Of a DNA stretch of 64,000 bases, positions 10,370 to 22,277 are shown piece after piece (position 1 is the first letter of the stretch; every line of letters begins with the position of its first letter). The position numbers were made by a program, and so were the translations under genes. The stretch comes from Diplonema japonicum. Its lineage: Eukaryota; Protista; Euglenozoa: Diplonemea. The notes under the pieces were generated by a model, which searched no databases, was not told the origin of the DNA, and saw only the letters and a list, made by a program, of their open reading frames with translations. The stretch lies in the NCBI GenBank assembly GCA_964019335.1, contig OZ025693.1, positions 372,001 through 436,000 of the forward strand. Reading direction: 5' to 3'.

Positions 10370-12214
10370 TCACGCAACCACACAGCACTGGTTTTGCCGA
10401 TGGTCCTTCTCATACAAAAGATGCGGATTTTCACGCAAAACATAGAGCACACAGGCTGAAAACGTGACCAAAAGATCGTCAATACCCGAATAGTACCGCA
10501 GCATTAACTCAAAGGGAGAAAGCGCACGAAACATCGCTAGCTGCGGGTTCTGCGTAAAAGGCAACACGGCAGAGAGATGCTTCACAACAGGGAGAATAGC
10601 AGGGGAAACCTGTATTCCAAAATCAGACGAAGGGGACACAACCGTAACTGAATGTCCTCTGGACATTGCGACGAAGACCCTAAACGCTGCATATCGAGGC
10701 ACGTTAAACTGCTCAAATATCTCACCCCCACAGGACCACGTCAGCCTCCCTTCCGCCCGATCCACCACCAAAGTCAACGTTTCATTAGGCAACAAAGCTG
10801 GGAACATATTTTGAGTAGACCCGTTAGCCATGGTATACATAAGAACACCATCTTCAGAAGGCGGCATTTTCGACGTATGGAAATATAAACTATGCCCCGT
10901 GGAGACACCTTCCTGCTGGATCCCTATGGATAAAGGACCTGGTGTTTGTACGCTAGAAGGCGCAGAACATTTTTTTGCCTTACAAGCGTGGTTGAGCTTG
11001 AAACGCCACATCATGGGAGGGGAGTCGGGTGGAATTGCGGGGGATAAGACGACGGCCGATGCGTCGGAGCCCCCCGTGTTGGTTTCCCGTGATATGGTAA
11101 TTTCCTTCGGGCTTTCTCTTTCCGCGTGGATGCATTCTGCGCTTTTGCAGACACCGACGGACCTCATTTCTACCCATTCTCGGTCGATTCTTTCCGCTTG
11201 CTCAACAGCGAGTTCCTGTTTCGATACTAATTTGCATAGAGTCTTCCCGTTCGCAATTGATGTTACCACCGCACGTGAGCCTTGTGTTGTTATGATATCT
11301 CCCTTCTTTATGTTTGTTGTGGATTGGGTTTTGTCGTGGTGGTGGTGGTGGTGGTGGGTTTTTTCCTTGTCAGGGGAGTTTTTTTTCTTGTCCTTTTTCG
11401 ATTTTTTCTCCTTCTTCGATTTTTTCTTGTCCTTTTTCCGGGAGGATTTCTTCTTCCGGGGCGTGGACCCGCTTGTGGTGGTGTCTTCCGTGCTCGAGGC
11501 CTTTCCTTCTTTTTCTTTTGTTTTCCCGTTCGCGCCTTCCGCTGACTTCACCTTGGCCGTTTGTTTTTCAATTTTTTTTTCTTGCGTTTTACGTGTATTG
11601 GCTGCGAGGACGCATGGCCATTCGGTGTTTGCACCATCGTCCACCACAGCTGTGTAAGATGCATTGTCCGAAAGGACTCTTTTAATGGTCATTGGCCACC
11701 AGGTTCCTTCAGCATCCAGACCTTCACAAATGGTTCCAACAGCAACGGGGTGAGACAGGGATATTTCGGAAAATCTTATGTGCTTGAAGTTATTTACTGT
11801 GCTACCGGTATCCACTAAGAGACTCGGCCTTAAAGAAGTGACGGTTCCTGTCTGCCATTTGTCTTTACTTGAGTGCCGCACATCGACAGCGTCTCTCAGC
11901 TTGTACTTTCGAATGCCCCCGCGGAGTATTGTTTCTATTTCTGATTCAATTGCGTCGCATTTATCTTCGTTTTTCTGCAGTTCCGCCTCCGCGAGATCTT
12001 CTTCCAGCCCCTTCACCTTGGCGATGTCGCTGTCACACAGCCGTGTGTTCTCCTTGCTAACTGCTTCCCATATCGTGTCGGCCCCATCAGATACCCTTGC
12101 CTTGTATATGCCCTCTTCCTTGACTTCTAGGATGACAATCCCCCACCAGTCTCCGTTTGCGTCTGCCGCCTCGCATTTTGCCCCGATATCTAAAGGGTGC
12201 GAAAGGTGCTTCAT
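10370..12214 (-). CDS. Protein with Tudor/Agenet-like repeats, K-rich linker, SPRY-like C-terminal region and CaaX end
   Basis: Two similar repeats (HPLDIGAKCEAADANGDWW.. and HPVAVGTICEGLDAEGTWW..). The protein ends NQCCVVA*. Confidence 0.7.
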   Translation of the reverse strand: MKHLSHPLDIGAKCEAADANGDWWGIVILEVKEEGIYKARVSDGADTIWEAVSKENTRLCDSDIAKVKGLEEDLAEAELQKNEDKCDAIESEIETILRGGIRKYKLRDAVDVRHSSKDKWQTGTVTSLRPSLLVDTGSTVNNFKHIRFSEISLSHPVAVGTICEGLDAEGTWWPMTIKRVLSDNASYTAVVDDGANTEWPCVLAANTRKTQEKKIEKQTAKVKSAEGANGKTKEKEGKASSTEDTTTSGSTPRKKKSSRKKDKKKSKKEKKSKKDKKKNSPDKEKTHHHHHHHDKTQSTTNIKKGDIITTQGSRAVVTSIANGKTLCKLVSKQELAVEQAERIDREWVEMRSVGVCKSAECIHAERESPKEITISRETNTGGSDASAVVLSPAIPPDSPPMMWRFKLNHACKAKKCSAPSSVQTPGPLSIGIQQEGVSTGHSLYFHTSKMPPSEDGVLMYTMANGSTQNMFPALLPNETLTLVVDRAEGRLTWSCGGEIFEQFNVPRYAAFRVFVAMSRGHSVTVVSPSSDFGIQVSPAILPVVKHLSAVLPFTQNPQLAMFRALSPFELMLRYYSGIDDLLVTFSACVLYVLRENPHLLYEKDHRQNQCCVVA

Positions 12215-12253
12215 TTCTTTTTTTCAAAAAACTTTTTTGTTTTGTTTTGTTTT

Positions 12254-12288
<35 letters not shown>

Positions 12289-12957
12289 CGTTCCCCTCCT
12301 CCTCCCTCCCCCTCCTCCCTCTGTTGAATTTTCTTTTTTTTGTTGTTGTTGTTTCTGATTTTGCAAAAAAAAAAAAAGAAAAAAAAAAGAAAATCGGGGG
12401 GGAAATAAAACAAAGGGGGCGGGAACAAGGGGAGGAGAGTTTTCTTTTTCCTTTTTTTTTTGAAAAAAAGAGGGGGGAGGGAGACAAGGGATAAGAAAAG
12501 AGCGTGGGAGAAGAAAAAAAAAAAGGGAAGAAAGCTCTCTTCATGTGTGTGTGTGTGGGGTAAAACATGTTCTGCTCAAATTTACTTCATTCAGTGCCCC
12601 CCCCCACCCCCCTGTTTGGGAAAATACAAAATCGGAAGGCCACCGTATACATTTTCTTTTGAAATCATTCAAATCCATTTTTTTTTTCTGGAGGCGCCTT
12701 GGGGCAGTGAAATGAAGTAAATTCGAGAAAGAGGGTTCGCTGATATGCTTTTCTGCATGTGAAGAGAAAATAGGGGGCTTGTATCTTCTTTTTCTTCCCC
12801 CTCCTTTCGCCGATTCATTTGTAAGTCTTTTTGTTCTGCACAAAATCGAGAGACAAGAGAGAGAAAAATAACCCCCTTGGTTAAATTTTTCTTTTCTCCC
12901 CATGTTTATTATTTACAAGCAAAGAAAAAAAGGGGGAATTCCTCATTCTTAGCAACT

Positions 12958-14175
12958 TCACTCTTCCTTGTCTGTTGGCGACGTCACAGGCTCCTCCTCA
13001 GGCTTAGGCTCTTCCTTTGCGGGCTCTTCCTCTTTTTCTTCTTCTTTTTCTTCCTTCTCTTTTTCTTCCTCCTTCTCCTTTTCTTCGGCGGGGGGTGTTG
13101 CTTCTTCTTTCTTTTCTTCTTTCACCTCCTCTTCCTTTTTCTCTTCTGGCTTCTCTTCTTCTTTCTTCTCTTCCTCTTTTTCAGGCACTTCAGGTGTTTC
13201 GGGTTCTTTCTCCTCTGCTTTGGGTTCTTCCTGTGCGGGCTCTTCCTTCTCTGGAGTCTCTGGCTCTTCTTTTTCTTCTTTTTCTTCTTCAGCGGGAGGT
13301 GATTCTTCCTTCTCCTCTTTCTCCTTCTCTTTTTCCTTTTCTTTTTCCTTCTCCTTCTCTTCTTCTTCCTTCTTTTTGGCCGCTTCTGCTTCCGCTGCTT
13401 CAGTGGCCTTCGATTCCTCTTCTTGTTTCTTCTTGAGCTCCTCTGCCTTTTTCAGGCTTTCTTGTTCCTTCCTTTCTATTTCCTTTTGTTCCTCCGCAGC
13501 AGCTTCTTGTGTACCAACTGTGCTTCTGGTACCACCGAGGTCTTCGGTGCCTGACGCATCTGATAGAGTATCGTTGTTGTCATGAGATTGCACTGTAGAA
13601 GAGGTAGCGTTGGGTTTTGTGACAGCAGGTGGGGCTGGGATGCGGGGGCTGGGGGAGGTGCCCTCAATGGGGGGTGCTCCGCCCTTGGGTGAATCGTAGT
13701 AGCAAAGTCGTTCCGTCGCTGCTCGGGGGCGGTAAGGGTAGCGGCAGATACGCTCGCAGATTGTCTCCTTTTGCTCCCTGTCCTGCTCCCATTGAAGATG
13801 GCTATAAGTGGGCTGCCGAGCTTGGATCCTCTGTAACAGTTTCTGGTTTTCGTTTGTGATCCGAGACAACTCCCTCTTCCTGCTCTCCCTGTTCAAACTC
13901 TTGCTTTGGATGGTGTTGTGAGTGTCTATGCCAGGCCTCTGCATGATCTCTGTCATCCTCTTAACCAGCGTTCTGTTGTCCCTCTCGATCCCACTGCACT
14001 TCTCCTCTTCGGCCTGCGCTTTCTTCAGCTTCTGGTACAAATGGGGGTACATCGGTGGGGGTGTGTTATCGATACTGGCTTTGATCTCTTGAAGCTTCTT
14101 CCTGTGCCTTACGTAACTCCTCTCCTGCCATCTCTTGCTGCACACCCGAGAGGCCATCTTCTCTTCGCGAAACAT
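12958..14175 (-). CDS. CFAP97/KIAA1430 (Hemingway)-family flagellar protein with acidic E/K tail
   Basis: Motifs HRKKL..IKASIDNTPP, IERDNRTLVKRM, SLNRESRKRELSRITNENQKLLQRI. ATG at 14175. Confidence 0.85.
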   Translation of the reverse strand: MFREEKMASRVCSKRWQERSYVRHRKKLQEIKASIDNTPPPMYPHLYQKLKKAQAEEEKCSGIERDNRTLVKRMTEIMQRPGIDTHNTIQSKSLNRESRKRELSRITNENQKLLQRIQARQPTYSHLQWEQDREQKETICERICRYPYRPRAATERLCYYDSPKGGAPPIEGTSPSPRIPAPPAVTKPNATSSTVQSHDNNDTLSDASGTEDLGGTRSTVGTQEAAAEEQKEIERKEQESLKKAEELKKKQEEESKATEAAEAEAAKKKEEEEKEKEKEKEKEKEKEEKEESPPAEEEKEEKEEPETPEKEEPAQEEPKAEEKEPETPEVPEKEEEKKEEEKPEEKKEEEVKEEKKEEATPPAEEKEKEEEKEKEEKEEEKEEEPAKEEPKPEEEPVTSPTDKEE

Positions 14176-14423
14176 TTCTTTTGGGGGGGTGGGATAGGGT
14201 GACAGAAGGGGAAGAACAGGACTATTTTTTTGGTGGTTTTTTTTTTTTTTTTTTATATTATTTTTGGGCGAAAGAAAAAAGATTTTCAAAAAACAAAAAA
14301 AAAATTTCCCGCAGTGCAAAAGCCGATTCTTTTTTATTATTATTACGTTGTTAAGAAGAAGAAAAAAAAAAAAAAAACACGCATGTTATCCGGGCTTGCG
14401 AGGGGGTTTAAAAAAAAAATCCA

Positions 14424-16105
14424 TCAAAGCTCGCTCAATAGCTTTTTCCGAAGCTCCAACTGCACCTCTAGAGCTTTCCCTGTCACGCATTCCGCGAGGC
14501 TAAGCAGTTGCGAACCATCTTGCCAGCACGTAGGAGCTGTGTTTTTTTTTTTCCTTCTTTTTTTTTCTTCTCTTACACACCTTTCCCCGCTGAACAAGCA
14601 GCGTGCATCTCCAACGCACATTTAAGAGACTCCGCGGCAGTAGCCTTCACAGGGTAAAGCTTCGCTGTCCACAACGAAGCAGTCGGCAGCGAGAGCGTCT
14701 TGCTGGCACAAAAACCGAACAGCAAAAGTTCATCCGTTGCTTTTTTGATATCATCATCAGTGGAAAGCACGTGCGTGACAAACCCGGACTTCACAGGCAG
14801 TGTTTGGATAAACAGTTTTGCAGGGAGCGAAGTGCCGGGGGGAAGGTCGACCCCCGACACAATACTGCCCTCAGAAACAGTGCAGTTGGCAGGAACACGG
14901 GAATACTCCACCACAGAAGGGCCTTTCACAATGGATGAAGCGTCGACGAGGGATTCGATGATGCTGTTCCCCTCCAAGGGGGACTTCCCTAAGCATGTTA
15001 AGAAGGCGGTGTCGTTGCAGTAATGGTGCAGGACTTCCTTCATGGTCCCGACATGGTAGAAGCGGGAGTTCGGAAGTTTAAGGCAGTTCAAATCGAAGCC
15101 CGCGAGGGCGTCATAGATGGTCTTCCTGATGCGGTAGAGGTTCTCACGTTCCTCGTCGTCGTTGCTGTTTGACGTGTTTCCGTAGTTTCTCATGTAAGCT
15201 TCTGTTCTCTTCGGGCCGAGGCATTGCATGAAGTCGCCGTAGGCGTCGACTTCTGCTTTGATCGTCTTCCCTACCTTCTCGAAAAGCTGCAGAAGTACCG
15301 AACCGACCTCCTCCGAGAAAAAGTAGCTAGAGTCTGTGTACACTTCTGGCTCGCCTGCCATGGTTTTCCCCACGATGGCACCCTCCTCGGCTTGTTGTTG
15401 TGTTGTGTTTTTGTGTATGAATTTCAAGCATTTTGCAAGCCCGGGGCCTTGGTCCCTTTCCACTTCCTCCAAAACAAACACACCATGGTCTTTTCCGATC
15501 GTAACGGACCCAGGGTGCCCGAACGCTGTAAACCCAACCTTGGTGAAGTCGCATTGTGTGTGGTCGTAAAAAATCAAATCGTCGCTGCACGTTACAAGAA
15601 CACCGCCCTTGCCTTCGGGGATCTGGGTCGCGACGTGGGTGAAGCAAGCGAGTTTCAACTCAAGCATGGAAAGCGCTGCCTTGGGGTTTTTAATAGAAGG
15701 AACCGGAAGGAGAGAGTAGATCTTCCCGCAGTGCGAGTGGTTGGGGAGGCGTTTTGAGTACCCGCCGGCATGGATCAGCAGGACTTTGAGGTGTGCGAAC
15801 CTGTCTTTGTATTTAGCTGCAAGTTCATCTAAAACGTAGAATGTGGCGCCTCCGCATCCCACTTTCCTCCCGGGCGGGTCGGGGATGACGTGGTATTCCG
15901 TCTGGGACGGGATCCTCTGCTGCTCGAGCATCGAGTCGATGTTCATCTTAAACGTCGTGGTCTGCTCCTCGTCTGCACTGGTGATCACTACGACATCGAA
16001 AAATATTTTTTCCTTGTCCTCCAAGATCTCCTTGTACATGGAAACCCGCTTGAAATGAAGCTTTTGATGCTCCAAAGCTTGCTCCGGGGTAAGCTCTGCT
16101 GTCAT
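14424..16105 (-). CDS. FPGT: Fucose-1-phosphate guanylyltransferase
   Basis: Motifs FDVVVITSAD, DPPGRKVGCGGAT, LLIHAGGYSKRLP..GKIYSLLP, FYHVGT. A phase-1 intron at 14537-14580 adds a last exon ending LLSEL*. Confidence 0.85.
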
Positions 16106-16239
16106 TTCTTATTTTTTCCTCCCCCTTTTCTTTTTCTTAAATTGTAACTGAGAATTGTCACAAAAGAACAAAAAAAAAAAACTTTTTTTTCTTGGTGGAA
16201 ACCAAAAAAAAAAAAAAAAAAAAGAAGAAGAAGAAGTTG

Positions 16240-16599
16240 TCAAATCATTTCCAGTGTGGTCGGGATGTAGGCGCTCATCAGAAGCTCGTGTTTGATCTTC
16301 AGTTCCCTCCTGTGCTGGCACAGCACGCACGGCCAGCAAAACAACACTAGAAGCAGGTCTGTTCCTTCCGCGTAGCCGAGGTCATATTTTGACCGAATTT
16401 GCTGTCTCGTCAGGTATTCAGAAGGGCAGCATAATAAATCCATGAAGCTTACGGCACGCCCCTCCGTCATTGCTTTATTTTTCGCGGCTAAGTAGAAAGG
16501 GCACAGAGTACCCTGCACACAAGTCCCCAGATCATCAAATATGCCGAATGTTCCAGTATTCCAAGCTACCAGCTGTGATTCATATTTGAGAAACTCCAT
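16240..16599 (-). CDS. PLAC8 family Cys-rich protein
   Basis: Pattern WNTGTFGIFDDLGTC..LCP, RQQIRSKYDL, FCWPCVLCQHRREL. Confidence 0.85.
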   Translation of the reverse strand: MEFLKYESQLVAWNTGTFGIFDDLGTCVQGTLCPFYLAAKNKAMTEGRAVSFMDLLCCPSEYLTRQQIRSKYDLGYAEGTDLLLVLFCWPCVLCQHRRELKIKHELLMSAYIPTTLEMI

Positions 16600-17157
16600 T
16601 CCATTTCTTTTTCCTCCCCTTTTTTTTTTTGTTTTTAGGACCCCGAGGTACTACAAAGAAAGAGGGAGAAAAAAAAAAAAAAAAAAGAGAGAAACAAAAA
16701 AAAGGAGGGGGTAACATATTTATGAGACAAGATGGAATGGAAAAAAAAGAAACCGGAATATAGGACAGAAGCAAAATAGAGAAAGAAAGAGAGAGAGAGA
16801 GAGAGGGGAGGGGAAATAATAGCGGGTTTCTTTAAAAGTGGTTTGTTTTTGGAGAGGGTTTTTAGACTTAAACTATTGCAGGGTATACGACCCCTTACGC
16901 TAGAATGTCTTGTTTTCTTTTATAAATATTTTTTATTTATTTTTTTTTTATTCCCAAAAAAAGAAAATAAACCCGTGTAAACACAAGTGCACACAACACC
17001 AAGGGAAAAAAAACAAAACAAAAAAAAGGCAAGGCAATAAAAAAAAAAAAAAAAAAAAAGGAGAAGATAATAATTTCATCATATAAAAATAGCTAAACTA
17101 AGAGGAGAAAAAAAAAATGGTATTACATTTTTTTATTTATTTTTTTTTTTATTCCCA

Positions 17158-18951
17158 CTACTCAATATCTTTATCATCCCCATCTTCATCAGGCGCATGG
17201 AGCAAAGGGATATCAATCAGTTTCGTCGTCACAATCCGTGCGGTCAGCGAACACGCGACCGACCCCACCGCCGAGTCAAGCGGTGTGAAGTTAAACGGCC
17301 CGATCAGAGTAGAAGCCTGTTGCAACTCCGTGCTGAAGGCTGCAACAGCAGCACTGGTATTGTCAACAATAGACAAGGACAAGGGAGTACCAGCAGGCTG
17401 CAAAAAATACATGGTGTCACCATAGAAAGGAGACTGTGCTGAGGCTTGGAGAACATGGTGGTCCTGTACCTTTACAAGCCACTCCTCTAGCTCGCCAACA
17501 CCAAGCGCCTCATACTCATTGACTAGATCAGTCGGTAAAGATAGAATGGTAGCCGCGGTGTCATTGCTAAGCTCGAGGTCTCGCAAGCGTTTCAAAACGC
17601 CTAAGAGGAGATCGTTCCGTGCTCGTTGATCACCCTTCGCCCACCTCACCCCTCCAGGACCGGACAACGGACCACCAGCAACGCTTACTCTAAACGGCCC
17701 TGTCTCTGAATCGGGTGCAGGATGCATGTCCACTTTATCCATTTGCAAACCGACCAACACCGGCGATTCTTCCTCGTGGACCCTCCATTTTGTCCGTAAC
17801 ACCACAACCCCACCGTTGTCCAGTGCGAGTTCAAAGAACGTGTCTTTGCACATTGTGCCCACGGTGACCTTCCCCACGTCGAGGATATTCTCACGATGGT
17901 CCTGCACGGTGACCTGCAGTTCCTGGTCTTCAGAGAACACCATGGCGTACCCGGATTCGGGAAACTGCGTACCGGAAAGTTTTAGAATAAAGACAGGGGA
18001 TGTGTCCTCCCATAGGAGGCCCATGCCTGTTTTAATGCATCGTGACGATGTGACCTTTGCATGGAGGACACCGACGGGCGGCGGTTTGCGAAGCTTTGCT
18101 ACGTTCAAAGCAGACAGCTTGCCGTTCAACGGGATGGACAGCCTGTTGGGCAACACGCAGATCGATGAAAGCCCGGAATCCACCGCATTGTGGATGGCGT
18201 GGTTCACACCCGGAAGCGAACCGGCTATAACGCCAAGACCGGTGAAACCCATGTCTATTGTGGGAGGGTTGGAGAAGAACACTTGCAAGGTGTTGAAGTA
18301 AGGAGCTGTGCTGCATGCGGGCCCGAGTTGAATCGTAAGACCCCCTTCGACCCGTACGCCGTTCACGCCTGCTGACATCCCGACGGAGCCCGTGCCCGGT
18401 CCTGCGTCCACTTGGAGTTCGACATCTGCGTCCCATGTAATGTAACACTTGATTTGAATTGTACCGCCTTGCAGAGTGCTGACTTGTGTGGAACTAACCT
18501 CTGGCCATGTCTCGCCGAGGGATAAGCTGTAAAGGCGTAACGCTGATCCCAACGCGGGGCCCAAGTTCTTTCTCATTACACTGGACACGTGTTCGGAGAT
18601 GTACGGCCAGGAGGCTTTTAGGAGGGAGTTGAGCCACACCTCGCCGCCCTTTGCGATGGCTTCTTTTTCCGATTCGGTCGTGATTTTGACGCCTTTCTCC
18701 CCGCCCTCGGATATGACCACCTTGACCCATTCCAGTTCGTTGGGGTTGCCCTCCTCTACTAGTTTTTTGATTGCGCCGCCCACCTGGTCCATCATCTCCT
18801 CCATGTTGACGGTGGGTTTCGGTTGGGCCTGCGTGGGTTCGTTGTATGTTGTGCACGGGGCAACACCCGCCTCCGCTTCTTCTAAACTCGTTGTTGTCAT
18901 CGTTGCAATCGCGTTGCTTGATTTGAATAGAAAAGAGTATGGCGAGGCCAT
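17158..18951 (-). CDS. SMP + C2 domain protein (extended-synaptotagmin-like)
   Basis: SMP start EVWLNSLLKASWPYI..LSLGETWP, then VLPNRLSIPL..PPVGVLHAKV leading into C2. ATG at 18951. Confidence 0.75.
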   Translation of the reverse strand: MASPYSFLFKSSNAIATMTTTSLEEAEAGVAPCTTYNEPTQAQPKPTVNMEEMMDQVGGAIKKLVEEGNPNELEWVKVVISEGGEKGVKITTESEKEAIAKGGEVWLNSLLKASWPYISEHVSSVMRKNLGPALGSALRLYSLSLGETWPEVSSTQVSTLQGGTIQIKCYITWDADVELQVDAGPGTGSVGMSAGVNGVRVEGGLTIQLGPACSTAPYFNTLQVFFSNPPTIDMGFTGLGVIAGSLPGVNHAIHNAVDSGLSSICVLPNRLSIPLNGKLSALNVAKLRKPPPVGVLHAKVTSSRCIKTGMGLLWEDTSPVFILKLSGTQFPESGYAMVFSEDQELQVTVQDHRENILDVGKVTVGTMCKDTFFELALDNGGVVVLRTKWRVHEEESPVLVGLQMDKVDMHPAPDSETGPFRVSVAGGPLSGPGGVRWAKGDQRARNDLLLGVLKRLRDLELSNDTAATILSLPTDLVNEYEALGVGELEEWLVKVQDHHVLQASAQSPFYGDTMYFLQPAGTPLSLSIVDNTSAAVAAFSTELQQASTLIGPFNFTPLDSAVGSVACSLTARIVTTKLIDIPLLHAPDEDGDDKDIE

Positions 18952-19120
18952 CTTTCTTTGGGTTAATATATATATATATATATATATTTTTTTTTTTCTT
19001 TTCTTTTTTTTAAATAATGTTTTGCGTGTATGTGTTCTGTAAGGTGCGTAATGATAAGAACCATAAAAAAAAAAAAAAAAAAAAAAAAAAGAAAAGAAAA
19101 AAGAAAAAAAAGAGAAAAAA

Positions 19121-19160
19121 AGAGACATTTAAGGGTACCTGCGGTATGTGACAGGACGCC
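19121..19160 (-). repeat. ~40 bp cassette GGCG(A)TCCTGTCACATACCGCAGGTACCCTTAAATGTCTCT, copy 1 (others at 23798-23832 and 33603-33643)
   Basis: Three near-identical copies, all in the same orientation. Confidence 0.85.
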
Positions 19161-19187
19161 TGACAAAAAAAAAAAAAAAAAAAAAAA

Positions 19188-21467
19188 CAGCTATTTATTG
19201 CCAACAAATAATGAGTCATTATTTAACTCGAGTTCCCGAATTTTTTGCACGAGGGCCCTGCGGGCAAAAAAAACGGTAACGAGTGTTAAATAATGGCTCA
19301 TTTGGCGGCAAGTTAGTCATTTTATTTCACTTTTCGTCATTTGAGTCACTCACTTCACTGCTATTTTTTTTCACGCAGGTCAGCCTTTTTGGGGATTTTC
19401 CTAAGGTAATACAGGGAGCTATTTCGCCGTGACATTTAAAGGGGAAGTAAAGCATTCCCACTTTTAAGGGCAGGAATGGCCTCAGATGGCCAAAAATAGT
19501 CAAAATACCCACCCCAAAAAAGTTGTTCAAGGGGTTGGGTACATTTTTTTCCACGACAAGACCCATTTTTTCACTCTGAAGCCCCATAATTTAACCATCT
19601 ACCAACGGACCATTTTTGCCCACCAGGGGGGAAATTTTCAAAACTTCAAAAAAAGCTATTCTAGCGCAACGCCGGGGCTATATGCCCCCGGAAATGCCTC
19701 CAGTCCCAATTCTAGAGAGAGGGTGCCCACAGCAGGGCCCACCCCCACAACATTGTCAAAAATATCGTTCCTGAAGTGCTCGAGAGGGGGTACAAAAAAC
19801 AAGTCAAAAAAAATCGACTGTAAAATTCTATAAAAAGCTATTTAAGGCCTTCTTGACGCGGTTCGTACGTGCCCCAGGGCTGGGGAACTTCTTTTTTGAC
19901 CCCGGGAGGGGTTTCTGGGGGTATCCCCGGCAAGGTGGCAGTCTTTGAAGCACGGAGTCACGCAAAGTTGTACCAAGCAGGCTGAACACTGAAATAGGGG
20001 TCTTTTCGACTTGAAATGCTTGCACCGCACGTTGCACTACTTTTTCGGGGAAATGGTCCCAGAAGGTACTGTCACGGCGCATTGGGGTCTCAGAGCACTC
20101 GTTCTGTGTTTCGGGGCATGGTATTGGGGCAGCCTGCTCTGTAGTTGACTTTATCTGTTGTTTAGACTGCCTCCCTAGTAGCCCTTCGATGACTGCCTCT
20201 TTGAAAGGCGCCAATACACTGTCGTTCATACTCAGGGTGTTGGGGGGCAAGGCTTCTTTCCAACAAGCCAAGCATTCGCCAGAGATTTACCTAACAAGTA
20301 CGAAAATACTTTTAGGGGCCACTTCGAAGTCATAAGGGTGCGTTTATGGCGTTTTGTCACAGCGTCACCCAGCGTCGGTTCCGCCCATTGCGGTGTTGTA
20401 AATATGCACTTGGTGGGGAACAAGATGTCCTTTCCGGCTTTCATTCTCTTTTGGCGGACGGTCAAATTTGACTTCACTGGAACATCCAACGTCGATAGAA
20501 AGCGCACAGGCTTGATGTCATGCCACGTTGTGGTGCAAAGGATGCTCGCGTGCTGGTGGAACTGTGTCCCCACGGGATGCGCGTCCTTGGGCTTGCGGCC
20601 TCGCTTCTTTGGGGCATCCATGATCTCCGGGAGGCCTTCGCGATAGGTAGAAGTCAGCACGCTTGTTTGTTTCGCTGTGGAAACACAGATTTCCCAGAAT
20701 AGTCAAAAAGCGGTCTCTTGACATGACGGTGGCGTACCCAGGGGTGTAGTTGAGAAACGTGGAGCCAGTGCACCAGTAATCAGAATAATCTGGCTTGATC
20801 CTAGGAAGGTACGCAGAGAAGCAGCATCGAGATCCAGGGAGACACCTTTTTTAGCCGCATTTGCCACATTGTTCGAAGTTATGACCCGAATAAAGTTTGG
20901 GACGAGCAGTTGGGAGAATATATGGTATGGCGTTGAGCCTTTGATGTCAAAACAGGGTCCACAAGGATTCCGATCTTCACGAAACCGGATGCCTTCCAAC
21001 TGCTCCGGCTTTGCCGTCCAATCACCCTGCTGGGACTCGGAATCGGTCGAATTCGTGTCAGAATCACTGTTTGTATCAAAATTGCATAATAGGGATGAGC
21101 CATCAGTGCTGCCATCACTCATGACGTCCTCTTCCGGCCTCTTTCCGGGCGCCTTTTTTTGAAGTGATTTTTAAGGGTAAATTTGGGCTGGCGTTTTTTT
21201 TTATTTTTTCATTTTCTTGTTAAGTTAGGGCAGCATTTAGTTTATATTTTTCATATTTTCCGCGCAGGACCCCGCCGGCAAGAAAAGGCCGGGCCGTATT
21301 GCATTGAAAGCCCTTTGCGTAAAAGATTTTTTTTCAAATCGTCTATATATAGACGCTCGTTGATAGATGGTTAACTGCAAAATCTCATTATTTAACTAGT
21401 TAAATAATGGCGATTTCGCGTTAAATAATGAGTCCCCTAGTGAGTGAAGAAAATGAGTGAAATAAAA
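19188..21467. mobile_element. Hairpin-ended unclassified element, copy A (interrupted by piggyBac)
   Basis: Starts CAGCTATTTATTGCCAACAA with a long imperfect palindrome, then TTTTATTTCAC. Ends GTGAAATAAAA, as in copies B and C. Confidence 0.65.
19595..21370 (-). mobile_element. piggyBac, defective
   Basis: Ends TTAA|CCATCTACCAACG ... CGTTGATAGATGG|TTAA. Transposase relic motifs MSRDRF, WHDIKPVRFLST, KWPLKVFSYLL and Cys-rich C-terminal CSACLVQLCVTPCF, with frameshifts. Confidence 0.9.
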
Positions 21468-21488
21468 TTGAATAAAAAAAAAGAGAAA

Positions 21489-22234
21489 AATAGCTATTTA
21501 CTGCCAACAAGTAATGACTTTGCCGTTACCTCGAGGTTCCGCATTTTACCGTCGAGGGCCCGCAGGGCCCGAGATGGTAAAATGCGGAACCGAGAGGTCG
21601 GTAAAGCATTACTTGGCGGTAGGTAAGTGGTTTTATTTCACGACACTCTGAAATTACTTCACCACGAGGGGCACAAAGGGGTGACAAGGGGTACAACAAG
21701 AGAGGGGTTACAAAGGTTACAATACAAGTTGTTTTTCCTCCTTTTGTTGACTAAGAGCTGCCGCTGTCGCTGGCATTGCCACTGTCACCATCTCTAATCA
21801 GGCCTTCCCATACCTAGCGCGGCCGCTGGCTCCTTTTTTTCTGCTGCTTCGGTATTTTGAAGTCTTTTGGGGGTGCTTGGGTAAGCTGACTAAGTTACCC
21901 TTACCCACAGAAGAGTTACCCACAGAAACTGGGAACAAGGCCTAGCCAAAAGTGGGCAAATTGGGAGGAAAAAGTAGTCCAACTTGGAACTGAGCCGAGG
22001 CAAAAGTTGGCCAATTGAGCTGAACCTGGGGGGAAATAGCAAACTGAGAGGAAAAAGTAGCCCCACTGGGAACCGAACCGAGGCAAAAAATGGCCTACCG
22101 AGGCATATTATTTAACGGAAACCCCCTATTACTTCACGGAAAACAGGCCATTATTTCACCGTGAAGTAATGAGATTTAGCGTGAAGTAATGGGCCCCCCA
22201 GTGCGTGAAGTAATTTCTGAAGAGTGAAATAAAA
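21489..22234. mobile_element. Hairpin-ended unclassified element, copy B
   Basis: ~130 bp palindrome with a perfect 16 bp stem GGTTCCGCATTTTACC, and subterminal inverted repeat TTTTATTTCAC..AAATTACTTCAC / GTGAAGTAATTT..GTGAAATAAAA. Confidence 0.75.
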
Positions 22235-22277
22235 ACGTTAATTCTTCTTCTTCCCCCCCCCCCCACAACCAAATTCA

